Source: Eledone cirrhosa
Lineage: Eukaryota
NCBI GenBank assembly: GCA_964016885.1
Contig: OZ024756.1
Span: 11,904,001-11,968,000 of the forward strand
Length of the DNA: 64,000 bases
Direction of reading: 5' to 3'
Shown: piece after piece, positions 40,598-52,990 of the stretch
How the letters are laid out: every line of letters begins with the position of its first letter
Position numbering within the stretch: the stretch's first letter is position 1
The notes under the pieces: generated by a model
What the model was told of the DNA's origin: nothing
Seen by the model: only the letters and a program-made list of their open reading frames with translations
Database searches by the model: none
Program-made: the position numbers and the translations under genes

Positions 40598-41425
40598 TTG
40601 TCAGCTATTGAGCGGATATTCGATGAACATGCGCCTTATTACAACCAGGCCCTTAAGCGGAGTGGTTTCCGGGAGGAATTATCCTACTGTCCAGCTCCCA
40701 TTAGCGGAACCAGCAGGAGACACCGCCGCTCACGCAATGTAACATGGTTCAATCCTCCCCACAACGCAGAGGTGACAACTCCCATCGGGAAACTATTCTT
40801 TAGGCTCATTGAAAAACACTTCCCATTACAACACCGCTACCACAACATAATTAACAAAAATACCATCAAACTCTCTTACAGCACTACACCAAACTTCGCA
40901 CAAAACATCGTCTCCTCTAACAACAAAAAACTCAACCCCGATGGCAGAAATAACCTAAATAGCAGTGGAGAACCGACCAGGAGGTGTAACTGCCCGGATA
41001 GATCTATTTTCCCACTCGACAATAGATGCAGAGACCGTAATGTGATCTACCAGTGCAACGTGAGGACGGATACCTCCAACAAAGCCTATATAGGACTTAC
41101 CGCATGTGACTTCAAGACCCGGCTATACCAACATAGACATACCTTCCGAAACCCGGCCCGGCGTCACGCCACTACACTTTCGGGCCACATATGGGACCTC
41201 AAGGACAACAACATCACCTATGATCTCACTTGGAGATTACTGTCCAGAGCCAATTCTTACACGGGAGGACGCCGTCCGTGCAATTTATGCTCGGAGGAAA
41301 CTTTACAAATGCTGTTTTCGACGGACCAACTCCTAAACAAGAAAGATGAACTGGTTACTGCATGTAAAGATAGATTGCGTAGGACTTACCTCGCCCTCAA
41401 ACCCCATAATGACCCGGGGGGGTAG
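40598..41425 (+). CDS. PLE ORF C-terminus: RT thumb/linker plus GIY-YIG endonuclease (5'-truncated)
   Basis: WFNPP, IKLSYS, CNC, VIYQC...YIGLT, FKTRLYQH, LSGHIWDLK, CNLCSEE and LLNKKDEL motifs typical of PLEs; the frame extends upstream to ~40526. Confidence 0.88.
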   Translation: MSAIERIFDEHAPYYNQALKRSGFREELSYCPAPISGTSRRHRRSRNVTWFNPPHNAEVTTPIGKLFFRLIEKHFPLQHRYHNIINKNTIKLSYSTTPNFAQNIVSSNNKKLNPDGRNNLNSSGEPTRRCNCPDRSIFPLDNRCRDRNVIYQCNVRTDTSNKAYIGLTACDFKTRLYQHRHTFRNPARRHATTLSGHIWDLKDNNITYDLTWRLLSRANSYTGGRRPCNLCSEETLQMLFSTDQLLNKKDELVTACKDRLRRTYLALKPHNDPGG

Positions 41426-42539
41426 ACTAGGGCTATAACACCCCACTTGCCGATTTTGCTATGGGTAACCCCTGCTCGCCAAGGGAGACGTAAGATCTTC
41501 TTTGTATTCTTTTATCGCTTCCTTTATTTCCTTCCTTCCCCCCTCTCTCCTTAGTCCTTCTACCCCAGCTCTTCTCCTTTGTCGGCGTCTTTTCTCGCCC
41601 ACCCGAGGCTGCCCTTTGGCCCCTTGTAGCCTTACCCCCACCCCCTCCCCTAGTCTAGGATAGATTTGACGGACTCCGCCCTTTATAGCAGTTGGTTTAG
41701 ACCCCGGATACTTGTCCCCTTTTTCCGACCGCTCCCACTATTCTCTGTGCCCTCTATATTTCTTCGTGGCACTTATGCCTTATTTTTTCGTTTCAGTATT
41801 TCTTTCTTTGCTTTTCTTTTGGGCGGGGTGGATTCTGAATTTATTTTTCCACCTTTACTTCGTACGAACTTTCATGTAGCTTGTTTTAGATCTTTTAGAG
41901 TTAGCTTTAGTATATATTTTTCTTGGGACTCTGAATTATTATCTCGTATTAGTTCACTTTGCTGCACTGGGTGGTTGCTGGAATTGTGCCCGGGATGGAA
42001 ACCTTTATTGTTTATTTCGTGGTAGTCTCTTTAGTATTTTGGCCCCTTTTGTTGACCCGTCACCGTATCATTTACGTACTTATACCTCTTAAAAGGGTCC
42101 TCGCCTATTCCGTCCCACCTAGTTCTTTTACTTATTTCGTTATTTCTTTATTTCTTTCTTTACTTCTTTCTTTCTTTATTTATTTATTTTTTCTAGCCTA
42201 ACAATATCTAGAGACCTAGGTCGTAGAATTTAATTTACTTTACTTTTTTCTTTACACTCTTTTGTTTTTCTTTACACTTATTTGCTTTTCTTCACTCTCA
42301 GTATTTTTTCTTTCCTATATATTTCTACCCCCCATTGTTCTACCTACCCCCTCCCCCTCCCCTGTATTTTCTTTGACCTCATGCCCAGCTGTAGCTGGCA
42401 CTACAAACGCTTGATTGGGTCTACTCCACCCCCTCTCCTCTTTCTCCTACTGGCAGGTTTAGCCACCATCTCCCCTACTAATTTGCAACCACAGAATTAC
42501 TACTGATTTTTGACAATCACTTTGACCATATATGGAATT

Positions 42540-42633
42540 ACCCCTTGAGAAGATCGGCTATTTAAATACCAGGATAAATTTTCATTTAGTCCAGAATTAG
42601 CCGTCGAAACGGCTTGAGCTCAGCTGTCAGGGT
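42540..42633 (+). ncRNA. Hammerhead in the 3' pLTR, U3-A8 core variant
   Basis: Same motif as 40075-40168 with one stem I mismatch (ACCCC/AGGGT). Confidence 0.6.
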
Positions 42634-42662
42634 CTTACTGGTTCCTATATATATATATATAT

Positions 42663-42997
42663 GGAGGCACATGGCTTAGTGGTTAGAGCATTGGGCTTGC
42701 AATCGAAAGGTTGTGAGTTCAATTCTCAGACCGGGTGGTGTGTTGTTTCCTTGAGCAAGACACTTTATTTCATATTGCTCCAGTTTACTCAGCTGTAGAA
42801 ATGAGATGATAGGGACTGGGGTCCATATCATTCCACTGCAAAGTGGTCGTGGAGGTGCCACGGCAAAAAAAAGCACCCGGCACTCACTGTAAATGAGGTT
42901 GGTGTTAGGAAGGCCATCCAGCTGTAGAAATCAAGCTAGAATCAGTTCCCGCCCCACCCTTGCAAGCAGGGAAAAGCGGACGTAAAATGATGATGAT
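42663..42997 (+). mobile_element. SINE family A copy
   Basis: Full head, body and (GAT)n tail. Confidence 0.9.
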
Positions 42998-43432
42998 GCT
43001 ATATATATATATGTGTGTATGTGTGTGTGTCTAGGTTTCGTTGTATAGACAGGAGAGACAAAACATTACAGGAGTGCAGTTTCTATATATTTTATCCTAC
43101 CAAGCTTTTCCAGTGACACAAATTTTGAAGCTCTTAACCACACACATGTGTGTTTTGTTTTTTTTTCTCAACTTTTTTCCCCATTCCTCCCTCTTCCCAC
43201 TCTATCTTTCTATTTTATCTTTTATTTTACATTCTATCTTCCTCTTATTTCAAGTGTTAAACTAATATATTTCTTCATTGTACTGTGTTGTTTATTTTGT
43301 TTTTCTCTGTATGGCATGAAGGACATAGGACCATCAAGACGGCTAGACGTAGATGGACTGGCGATGTCTCAGTTTATATATATATATATAATAACAGGAG
43401 GCTGGACTGGTGTAATTCCTTAAAGGTTTATT

Positions 43433-43490
43433 ATACTATGAACATTTCAATGACCGGGTTCAGTATGAATCCGGTGACATCATCAGGTAT
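43433..43490 (-). ncRNA. Type I hammerhead candidate
   Basis: Minus strand: ATAC-CTGATGA-tgtcaCCGGaTTCAtacTGAAcCCGGtcatt-GAAAT-gttc-ATA-GTAT; lies between TA tracts. Confidence 0.55.
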
Positions 43491-43587
43491 TCGAAATATA
43501 ATCCATGGGGCTGAAAAGCAGAGAGACAAGAAGGTGGCCAAACATTTAGCAGTTTCTAGTCCGGTCTGCCACCTTCAAACTTAAATG

Positions 43588-43627
<40 letters not shown>

Positions 43628-44022
43628 TAAGTAATTAAGGATGGCTTTCTGAAGAGGATCGGGGGGAAAACACATTTAAATAAAGTACTCAATATATTGA
43701 TAGAGCAGAAGCATACATATTTTATATAGAAATGCCTTCTACAGGACTAGAACTGTTTCATTCATATGGAATTATCAGGACATCATTGGTGATTTCATAT
43801 GAATGAAACAGCTCTGATCCTGTAGCAGTCATTTTTATATAAAACACACACACATACATTTTTTAACTTAAACTAGATGCGAGACACACCATAACAGAAA
43901 CACAAACTCTCCATCTCAATTTTACATTTGAAAATCATAAGAACTGTGAAACCAGTAAAGTTAATAAATATTCTTAAAAGTCTCCAGCTGCATTTTCAAT
44001 TTCTTTTCCTGTATATATATAT

Positions 44023-44740
44023 AGTCACCCAAAACATACAAAACTTAACATTCCTTTTAACTTAGCCAAACATATATAGTATCAGACCCAACTAAACAGG
44101 AACAAAGACTAAATGAACTAAAAAAACACACTTACCTTAAGAGCCTTCCCACTTGACATGATTAATAACGGAATAGACAGCAAAACATGTACATTTCAAT
44201 CTAAAGCACAAAACTACGAACAATACCTTACCATCCACCTTCAACCCCAGAAACACTAAAATGATCGAACACCTACACAAAAACTTCTCTTCGCCACCCC
44301 CATCTGAACACTTGACCAGTCCTTTAACACAATTGAGATACACACATATATATATACAGAACAATTTCCTTTCCCTAAAAATAATTTTTTTCTGTGAAAA
44401 GATACAGCTACCACCACTACTACTACTACTACTACGACTACCTCTATATATATAAGATTCCATTTTAGACCCAGTCTTCTCAAGCAGAAAGATGAACAGA
44501 CCTTCAACACTTAATTTGAATTTTTAATTTTTTAATTATTTTAAATTCTTTTTAATTGTAATACTCAACATTTGATAAGATGGATTACACTGATACATTG
44601 AAACCGGTTATATTTTATATATTTCATATACATTATAAATCTCTCATTTTTGTCACTTTGACGAATCAAAGAAGAAGAAAAGAAAAACATCCTTTAAATA
44701 TATTTTTCGTGCTATTTCCAGTTCCACTTTTTCTATAATA
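44023..44740 (+). mobile_element. Second degraded PLE fragment (RT thumb) with a 3' HHR-like motif
   Basis: SHPKHTKLNIPFNLAKHI / frameshift / IVSDPTKQEQRLNELKKH ... STFNPRN; AACAT-TTGATAA...GAAAC-cg-GTT-ATATT at 44567-44614. Confidence 0.65.
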
Positions 44741-44814
44741 TATATTATTTGTTTATGTTCTTAAGCTGAACAACAAAAAGTGCTACCTAACTTTTCAACA
44801 CTTCCTACAGCAAG

Positions 44815-45545
44815 AATATGCATATGCCCATGTTCGATATGTAGAAAAGGAGTTGGCATAAACTCTATAGAATGTACACAATGCAGATCTTGGGTGCTCA
44901 AGAGATGTAGTGGGATAACAGGCAAACTAACAGGAAGGGAAAACTACATATGTGGTAGATGTTCAGGAAAATTTGACAGTAGAAGTGTCAGTGATAAGCA
45001 CATTTTTCAAATGCAGGTAGGATCTATAGAGGTGGTTGATAGCTTCCAATACCTAGGTGATCAGATTAACAAGGAAGGAGGGTGCTCTGAGGCCATAGTT
45101 TCTAGATTAAAGACAGGTTGGAAGAAGTTTAGGGAGCTGCTTCCTCTGTTGACCACAAAGGATTTCTCCCTATGAACAAAAGGCTGGTTATATGATGCCT
45201 GTGTGAGATGCGTGATGCTGCATGGTAGTGAGACATGGGCAGCAACTGCAGAGGATATGCGACAGCTAGAGAGAAATAACGCAAGCAGGCTCCGATGGAT
45301 GTGCAATGTCAATGTGCGTGAACGACCAAGCATGGACGAGTTGAGAGTGAAACTGTATAAGAGGGATAAGTTGTAGAGTGTGGGAGAGAAGGCTACATTA
45401 GTATGGCTATGTGATGCGCACGGAGGATGACCGCTGCGTAAGAAGTGCCAAGAAATCCCAGTGAAAGGAAGATGCAGTTGAGTGAGGAAGACCACAAAAA
45501 ACATGGGCGGAGGTGATGAGAGCTGACCTCAGATCGCTGAAGAGG
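44815..45545 (+). mobile_element. RTE-clade LINE fragment with a Cys-rich (PHD-like) segment
   Basis: CSICRKGVGINSIECTQCRSWVLKRCSG...CGRC, EVVDSFQYLGDQI, GWKKFRELLPLL; stops downstream. Confidence 0.85.
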
Positions 45546-45578
45546 ACAAGTGGACGTAAAATGATGATGATGATGATA

Positions 45579-45611
<33 letters not shown>

Positions 45612-45619
45612 TCTTTTAC

Positions 45620-46930
45620 CTGTTCCAGCCATCCGGCTGAGGCCATGCTGGGGCACCACCTTTGTTGCTACACATTCTATCTCCAGCCTGTGTTGGCTGG
45701 CCATTGCATTGGTGTGAGAGGGAGTTCGTTGCTGCTGCCCTTAGGTTACCTTTGTACCCTGCTGTGGGCTCATCCATGATCCTGGATAGCAGGGTGTCAA
45801 GATGTTTCTTGAAAACATCCACGTCCACACCATGCAGATCTCTCAAATTTCTTGGCAGCTTGTAGGAGAGTTGAGGGCCTTTGAACCCCAGGCTATTACA
45901 ATATCTGCTCCTTATTCTAGATGTGGAAGATAGGACCTTTGGCACCATTCAGTGACGTCCCGTTCAGGGCTTGGTCCAGCTCCCACTGCCAAACTTTGGT
46001 GCTAGTCCCTCCAGGATTTTCCATATGTATATCACTGCGTATCTCTCCTGTCTTAGTTCCAAGGAGTAGGTTCAGTTCTTTTAGCCTCTCCCAGTAGCTT
46101 ATCTCTTTTATCATGGCAATTCTCTTGGTGTAACTTCAATGGATTGCCTCAAGCTCCGTGGTTAGTTTTATACTATGGGATAACCACAGCTGGGAGCAGT
46201 AATCCAGGTGGCTTAGGACAAATGTCCTCCATAGTGTCAACATGGTCTCTCGGTCTCTTGTCCGGAAAGTCCTCAAGATCCAGCCAGCAAGTTGTCTGCA
46301 CATTGTCACCACCCTCATGATGTGTGAAGAAAAAGATGTATCATCGCTCATGTCTATCCCCAGGTCTCGTATCGATTTCGACACAGGGATTTTGTTCCCT
46401 CCTGGTCTAGTATAGCTGTGTTGTATTGTTTTTGTGTTTGCAGATTGGTATTGTAGGGCTTGAAATTTTGCAGCATTAAACTGCATGTTGTTGTCCTCAG
46501 CCCATTTGTATATGGCATCCAGATCTTGTAAAAGGGCAGCATCAACCAGGTTTTTGATTGCCTGTGCTACCTTTGTGTCATCAGCATAGTTAGTGAGGGA
46601 TATTGTATGTACTACAGAGGGCATGTCTGAGAGAACCATCAAAAACAGTAGTGGTCCCACGACTGTGCCCTGGGGCACTCTACTTATTGATGTTTCCTTT
46701 GAGAGAGTCCCATTGCTGCAACAGGCTAGCTTCTGTCTTTTAAGAAGTCATGCAGCCACTCACCAACTTTTCCAGTCATGCCAAGTCTGTGTAGTTTGTA
46801 ACATATCATTCCATGGTCGACCTTGTCAAAGGCCTTCACAAAGTCAAGATATATCACATCCACATCTGAGCTGTCTAGTAGTTGTTTCAGTACCCAGTCA
46901 GAGTGTTGTAACAGCTGTGTAAGGCAGCTT
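45620..46930 (-). mobile_element. CR1/Jockey-group LINE RT fragment
   Basis: PQGTVVGPLLFL, YADDTK, IRDLGI, HLDYCSQLW, FKKHLD; frameshifted. Confidence 0.88.
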
Positions 46931-47059
46931 CTTGTATATATATATTCTTTTTATTGATTTATATTCACCGTTCCTTCCGTAGGTAAAATGTCTGTCACTC
47001 TGGTGGCTTTTCATCCCCTATGTAATTGAAACTTCCTCATTTTTTTCTATTATATATAT

Positions 47060-47440
47060 CGGTAGAGCGTCAGACACCTCGCTTTACAGCAGAGTTACGG
47101 CCCTTTACGTTCAGAGTTCAAATCCCGCCAAGGTTAGCTTTGCCTTTCATCCTTACTGGGTTGATAAAATAAAGTACCAGTCACACACTGGGGTCAATTT
47201 AGTCGACTCTTCCCTCCCCTACAATTGCTGGCATTGTGCCTAAATCAGAAACCATTGATTGGCAGTATCGGTAGAGGGTCGGACGCCATGCTTTGACCTA
47301 CAGAGTTACGGCCCTTGCCATTCTGAGTTCAAATCCCGCCGAGGTTAACTTTGCCTTTCATCCTTACGGGGTTGATAAAATAAAGTACCAGTAATACACT
47401 GGGTAATTGCTGGCCTTGTGCCAAACGTAGAAACAATTAT
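47060..47440 (+). mobile_element. Tandem pair of SINE family B
   Basis: Two consecutive GAGTTCAAATCCCGCC...GATAAAATAAAGTACCAG units. Confidence 0.8.
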
Positions 47441-47574
47441 TTGATTTAAAATTTTGTTAATTTTTTTGTGAGTTTTAGTTTTCTTCCATTTATCTTATTT
47501 TGGACAGCAAAAAACTAAATTTTGTTTTCTATATCCATAAAAATGAATGCATTTTTGCAAATTCTACGGTGTTG

Positions 47575-49065
47575 CCGTCTGTGTATGTCTGAATGTGTGT
47601 GTGTATGTCTCTGTGTGTTTGTGTATATGTCTGAATGTGTGTGTGTGTCTGTATGTCTGAATGTGTCTATGTATGTGTGTATGTGTATACTTGTATGTCT
47701 GAATGTGTCTATGTATGTGTGTACATCTGAATGTGTGTGTGTGTGTATACTTGTATGTATGTGTGTACATCTGAATGTGTGTGTATGTGTATACTTGTAT
47801 GTCTGAATGTGTCTATGTATGTGTGTACATCTGAATGTGTGTGTGTGTGTATACTTGTATGTATGTGTGTACATCTGAATGTGTGTGTATGTGTATACTT
47901 GTATGTCTGAATGTGTATGTATGTGTGTACATCTGAATGTGTGTGTGTGTGTATACTTGTATGTATGTGTGTACATCTGAATGTGTGTGTATGTGTATAC
48001 TTGTATGTCTGAATGTGTCTATGTATGTGTGTACATCTGAATGTGTGTGTGTGTGTGTATACTTGTATGTATGTGTGTACATCTGAATGTGTGTGTATGT
48101 GTATACTTGTATGTCTGAATGTGTCTATGTATGTGTGTACATCTGAATGTGTCTATGTATGTGTGTACATCTGAATGTGTGTGTATGTGTATACTTGTAT
48201 GTCTGAATGTGTCTATGTATGTGTGTACATCTGAATGTGTCTATGTATGTGTGTACATCTGAATGTGTGTGTATGTGTATACTTGTATGTCTGAATGTGT
48301 CTATGTATGTGTGTACATCTGAATGTGTGTGTGTGTGTATACTTGTATGTATGTGTGTACATCTGAATGTGTGTGTATGTGTATACTTGTATGTCTGAAT
48401 GTGTCTATGTATGTGTGTACATCTGAATGTGTGTGTGTGTGTATACTTGTATGTATGTGTGTACATCTGAATGTGTGTGTGTGTATGTGTATACTTGTAT
48501 GTCTGAATGTGTCTATGTATGTGTGTACATCTGAATGTGTCTATGTATGTGTGTACATCTGAATGTGTCTATGTATGTGTGTACATCTGAATGTGTCTAT
48601 GTATGTGTGTACATCTGAATGTGTGTGTATGTGTATACTTGTATGTCTGAATGTGTCTATGTATGTGTGTACATCTGAATGTGTCTATGTATGTGTGTAC
48701 ATCTGAATGTGTGTGTATGTGTATACTTGTATGTCTGAATGTGTCTATGTATGTGTGTACATCTGAATGTGTCTATGTATGTGTGTACATCTGAATGTGT
48801 CTATGTATGTGTGTACATCTGAATGTGTGTGTATGTGTATACTTGTATGTCTGAATGTGTCTATGTATGTGTGTACATCTGAATGTGTCTATGTATGTGT
48901 GTACAGCTGAATGTGTGTGTATGTGTATACTTGTATGTGTGTACATCTGAATGTGTGTGTATGTGTATACTTGTATGCCTGAATGTGTCTATGTATGTGT
49001 GTACATCTGAATGTGTGTGTGTGTGTGTGTATATCTATGTATGTGTGTGTATGTGTGTATGTCTG
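47575..49065. repeat. Composite TG-rich satellite (ACATCTGAATGTGT core)
   Basis: Direct inspection. Confidence 0.93.
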
Positions 49066-49882
49066 CAAATATGAAATTCTCTGTCATTTACAGATGAAAT
49101 AGATTTTAAAATGTCCGCCAGCTGTAGAGTGGCGGCCCACTGAGTTCGAACGTGTTGACATTTGATTGACAAAACTGAAGATATCTCCATTGTTGTTGCT
49201 CTTGTTGTTGTTACTATCACTACTGTTGTTGTTGATGTTGTTGCTACTGCTACTACTACTACTACTACTACTACTGTTGCTGCTACTACTACTACTGTTG
49301 CTGCTACTACTAACTATTACTGCTACTACTACTGCTATTGCTCTTGCTACTAACTATTACTACTACTACTACTATTACTATTACTGATGATGGTGGTGGT
49401 GGTGGTGGTGATGGTAATGATATTGATGATGGTGATAATGGTGGTGGTGGTGGTGGTGATGATTGGAGGTGGGGGGGGGGATGCACATCGGAGAGTTTAA
49501 GGGTTTGATTCCACCCACTGTGAGGCATTTTGCATGTCAGTTTCCTTGTGAGTAAAATTTGGGAGATGAAATTTGTTTCAAAGCCTGTCAGATGGACTTC
49601 ACCTGTAATCTGTAATTCAAAGTACACTGCAAAGAGACAGATTTTATATCTCTGGAATTCTGGCCAAGGATGTTTGACTGTTGGCTACTTATTTTCTGTC
49701 CCTAGGGTGAAATTTACCTGATTTTCTAACGCATCATTGTAGCAAGTCTTTGTATTTCAACATTTCCAACCAGACACCTCAGTAAAAGATGTAAGATTTG
49801 TTTACTTTCGGCTCTCGCCATTAAAGCTATCATAATTATTATTATAAGTAGGGTTTTTTTTTATATTTTTTTTTCTTTCCAG

Positions 49883-50073
49883 CTTTCACAAAGTGACATA
49901 CATGATTGGTAGAAACCCTAACCAGGTGGACTATGTCATAGATTCAAGTAACTTTATCCAGAGCAGTTACATCTCTCGAAATCATGCCAGGGTTGTCCGT
50001 CAGCCTGGAAACATCCATCGATTATATGATGACAGCTTGAATGGTGTCTTTGTGAATAATCAGAAGATCTCAG
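49883..50073 (+). CDS. Coding exon of an FHA-domain protein (RNF8/TCF19/CHFR-like)
   Basis: Polypyrimidine acceptor TTTCTTTCCAG and donor CAG|GTAACC; peptide FHKVTYMIGRNPNQVDYVIDSSNFIQSSYISRNHARVVRQPGNIHRLYDDSLNGVFVNNQKIS has the FHA GR, SRxH and SxNGxxVN motifs. Confidence 0.88.
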
Positions 50074-51632
50074 GTAACCAACCCCCCCTTATTCATTAGC
50101 CTGTCACACTACCTATAAAAATATGTTGCACTCTCCCACCACCACAAAAAAAAAGAAACCTATTTTACACCCAATAATTCTGATATTCCCTCCCCTTTAG
50201 ATATCCAGAGTTATATCTATCCCCTTCCCCACCTGGCTATATATTTGTACCCCACCTACCCACCTACCTAACTAGTGAAAAGTGCATGGCCTAGTGGTTA
50301 GAGTTTGGATTTATAATCATAAGGTCATTGGTTCAACCCTTGAACCTGGCAGCATGTTGTGCTCTTGTGCAAGCTGCTTTATTTCATGATAGGACCGGGG
50401 CCTCTATTCCAAGAAATCTATGAAATACAACTTCTATAGGAGGCCTGCTAAACCTACATAGATGTGAGCTGTAACTATATGATTGGAGCCCTCTATCATT
50501 AAAATACTCAAGAAACCTCCCATTAAGTGTAACTTTGTAGCAGTCCAGCTAAACCTACAGAACTGTGAGATGTAAGTTTCTTTGTTGTTTCCTGTTCACC
50601 TACCTACCAAATAACTAAATCAATTGCACTTTAATATTTAATAGCTTGGGCACATTTAAAAAACTTGACTTTTAGATATTTTTTATTGTACAAAGTTTAT
50701 TTTTATTTTTTATGTGTACCTTTTCTAATGAGTTGTGATTCATCAGGACTTTTGGAACCTTTCTGTATTTCCCTGTTTAACAAACTGAAGAAAATAGAAC
50801 AGACATGAGAAATATTATTATGGCATAGGACAGGCTGCCCTACTAAACCTCTATAACAGGTATGGGCAACCTGTTTCAAGCTGAGCATCCACATGAGATG
50901 TGGCTCATCATATAATAGGCTATACAACTAAAACAAAATTCAAGCTAATATTTTATTAAGTGTGTCATTCAAAAAGTTAAATGGGTTGCAGTTTACTGCA
51001 ACCCATTTAATGCCTGGTTTTTGATGCCATATTGTTTTGGGCCATGAGGTGATGTGTCATCAGAAAAACAATTTGGATCCCTCTATACAAAAAACCTGGT
51101 ACATTCATTCTCTACCTAATACCTAATACACTTCAAAGGCTGTCTTTTGCATCTCATTAAATAATTGCTTAATATGTAAGAAATTTTGGTCAAAAGTGTT
51201 TTTTTTTTTCATCATTTATTTGATCTGCTAATAGCATACTAATTGATTCCATTAACCAAATGCTTCTTATCACACCATTCAAAATTAAGTTGTCTTTTCT
51301 CCACCACATTTCTAGGTGTAGTATTTTCATTCAGTTTTATGTATTTTCTTTTTAAAAAGTCTTATATTTTGTCGTAACTAATGTTTTCTTCACAAAACTG
51401 CTTAGATTATCCTGGTTTATAAAATGAAGAACTTTAATGGGTCATTTGTTGAAGAAAGAGAGCCACAAATGTTGACTTAGAGACGGACACAGATTCACGT
51501 GTTTTGGCAGATATACAACTTAGATTTTGTGTTCAATAGATGTTGCTCTGCTCTCTATATTTCTCCTGCCTCTATCAATCTCTGTCCCTCTTCCTCTCTA
51601 ACTCTGTTATTCTCCCTCTCTCTCTCTATCTA

Positions 51633-51668
<36 letters not shown>

Positions 51669-51675
<7 letters not shown>

Positions 51676-51872
51676 ATATTCAGGACCCCGACAGCTGAGC
51701 TCCGGTCATTTCGACAGCTAGATCTGAACTCAGTTCGGATCTAGCTGTCGAAACGGCTAGAGCTCAGCCATCAGGGTTCTGAATTTTTTCATATTACCCA
51801 ATCTTCTACCCTAGGTATTAAGTACTCTGGTGGGTTATGGTCTAGTTGGTTTTTACCACATCCTATCTGATG
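51669..51872. mobile_element. Mini fold-back derived from a relative of the 40-kb PLE pLTR
   Basis: Arms ~51669-51730 and ~51733-51793 with GTCGAAACGGCTAGAGCTCAGC; tail similar to the reverse complement of 39990-40060. Confidence 0.75.
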
Positions 51873-52543
51873 TATATATACTCACTGTAAATGAGGTTGG
51901 TGTTAGGAAGGACATCCAGCTGTAGAAATCAAGCCAAAATCAGTTCCGTATGTGCAAGACAAGGTCATCCGACCTCGCATTGATCACAACAGGACAACCC
52001 GTCTAACCCATGCTAGCATGGAAGAACAGCTGTAAAACGGGGATGATGATGATATATGTATATATATATATGTGTATATATATATGTGTATATATATCAT
52101 CATCATCATCATCATCATCAACGTTTAACGTCCGTGTTCCACGCTTGCATGGGTTTGGACGGGGGTAGTCCCACTTGAGGCAAGAGTGATTGTCTTGCTC
52201 GCATAGGACAGTCTGGCAGGTTTTCTACAGTTGGATGCCCTTCCTAACACCAACCACATTTACAGTGTGGGTCTGGGAGGTTTTTACCGTGTTGCCTACA
52301 CGGCCACATTACAGCGTGGACTGTGTGTTTTTTGTCGTGACACCTACACGATCTCATTTGTTTCGGCCTGGATGGCGCGGCACCAACATAACTTTACATA
52401 GAACGGGGTGGTGTGGATGGGGTGGGGGGGGTGGCGGGACGGGGTGTATTTAGTTAGAGATGCCTACTGGCAAGGCGGGTCTTCTCTGTTACTGAGTACC
52501 GCCAAAGGTCACGGTCCAGTGACATTGTCTTGGAGAGGTGTAA

Positions 52544-52624
<81 letters not shown>

Positions 52625-52628
<4 letters not shown>

Positions 52629-52990
52629 TTAGTGGTTAGAGCATTGGCCTTTTCAATCGAAAGGTTGTGAGTTCAATTCTCAGACCGGGTGATGTGTTGT
52701 TTCCTTGAGCAAGACACTTTATTTCAAATTGCTCCAGTTTACTCAGCTGTAGAAATGAGATGATAGGGACTGAGGTCCCTATCATTCCACTGCAAAGTAG
52801 TCGTGGAGGTGCCACGGCAAAAAAGCACCCAGCCCACACTGTAAAGTGGACGTCGAGGTGCCATGGCAAAAAAGCCCCCAGCACTCACTGTAAATGAGGT
52901 TGGTGTTAGGAAGGGCATCCAGCTGTAGAAATCAAGCCAGAATCAGTTCCCGTCCCACCCTTGCAAGCAGACGTAAAAATGCTGATGATG
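52625..52990 (+). mobile_element. SINE family A copy
   Basis: Head directly after (TA)n; two internal units. Confidence 0.88.

Larger units (their letters stand above)
39983..42646 (+). mobile_element. 5'-truncated Penelope-like element with an inverted 5' pseudo-LTR
   Basis: GIY-YIG ORF; ~460-bp inverted repeats at ~40061-40524 and ~42192-42646; TA tracts at both ends. Confidence 0.9.

Noticed and set aside
50978-51010. Short palindrome TAAATGGGTTGCAGT-ACTGCAACCCATTTA
   Set aside because: Too short and isolated to classify; probably an internal part of an old DNA element.
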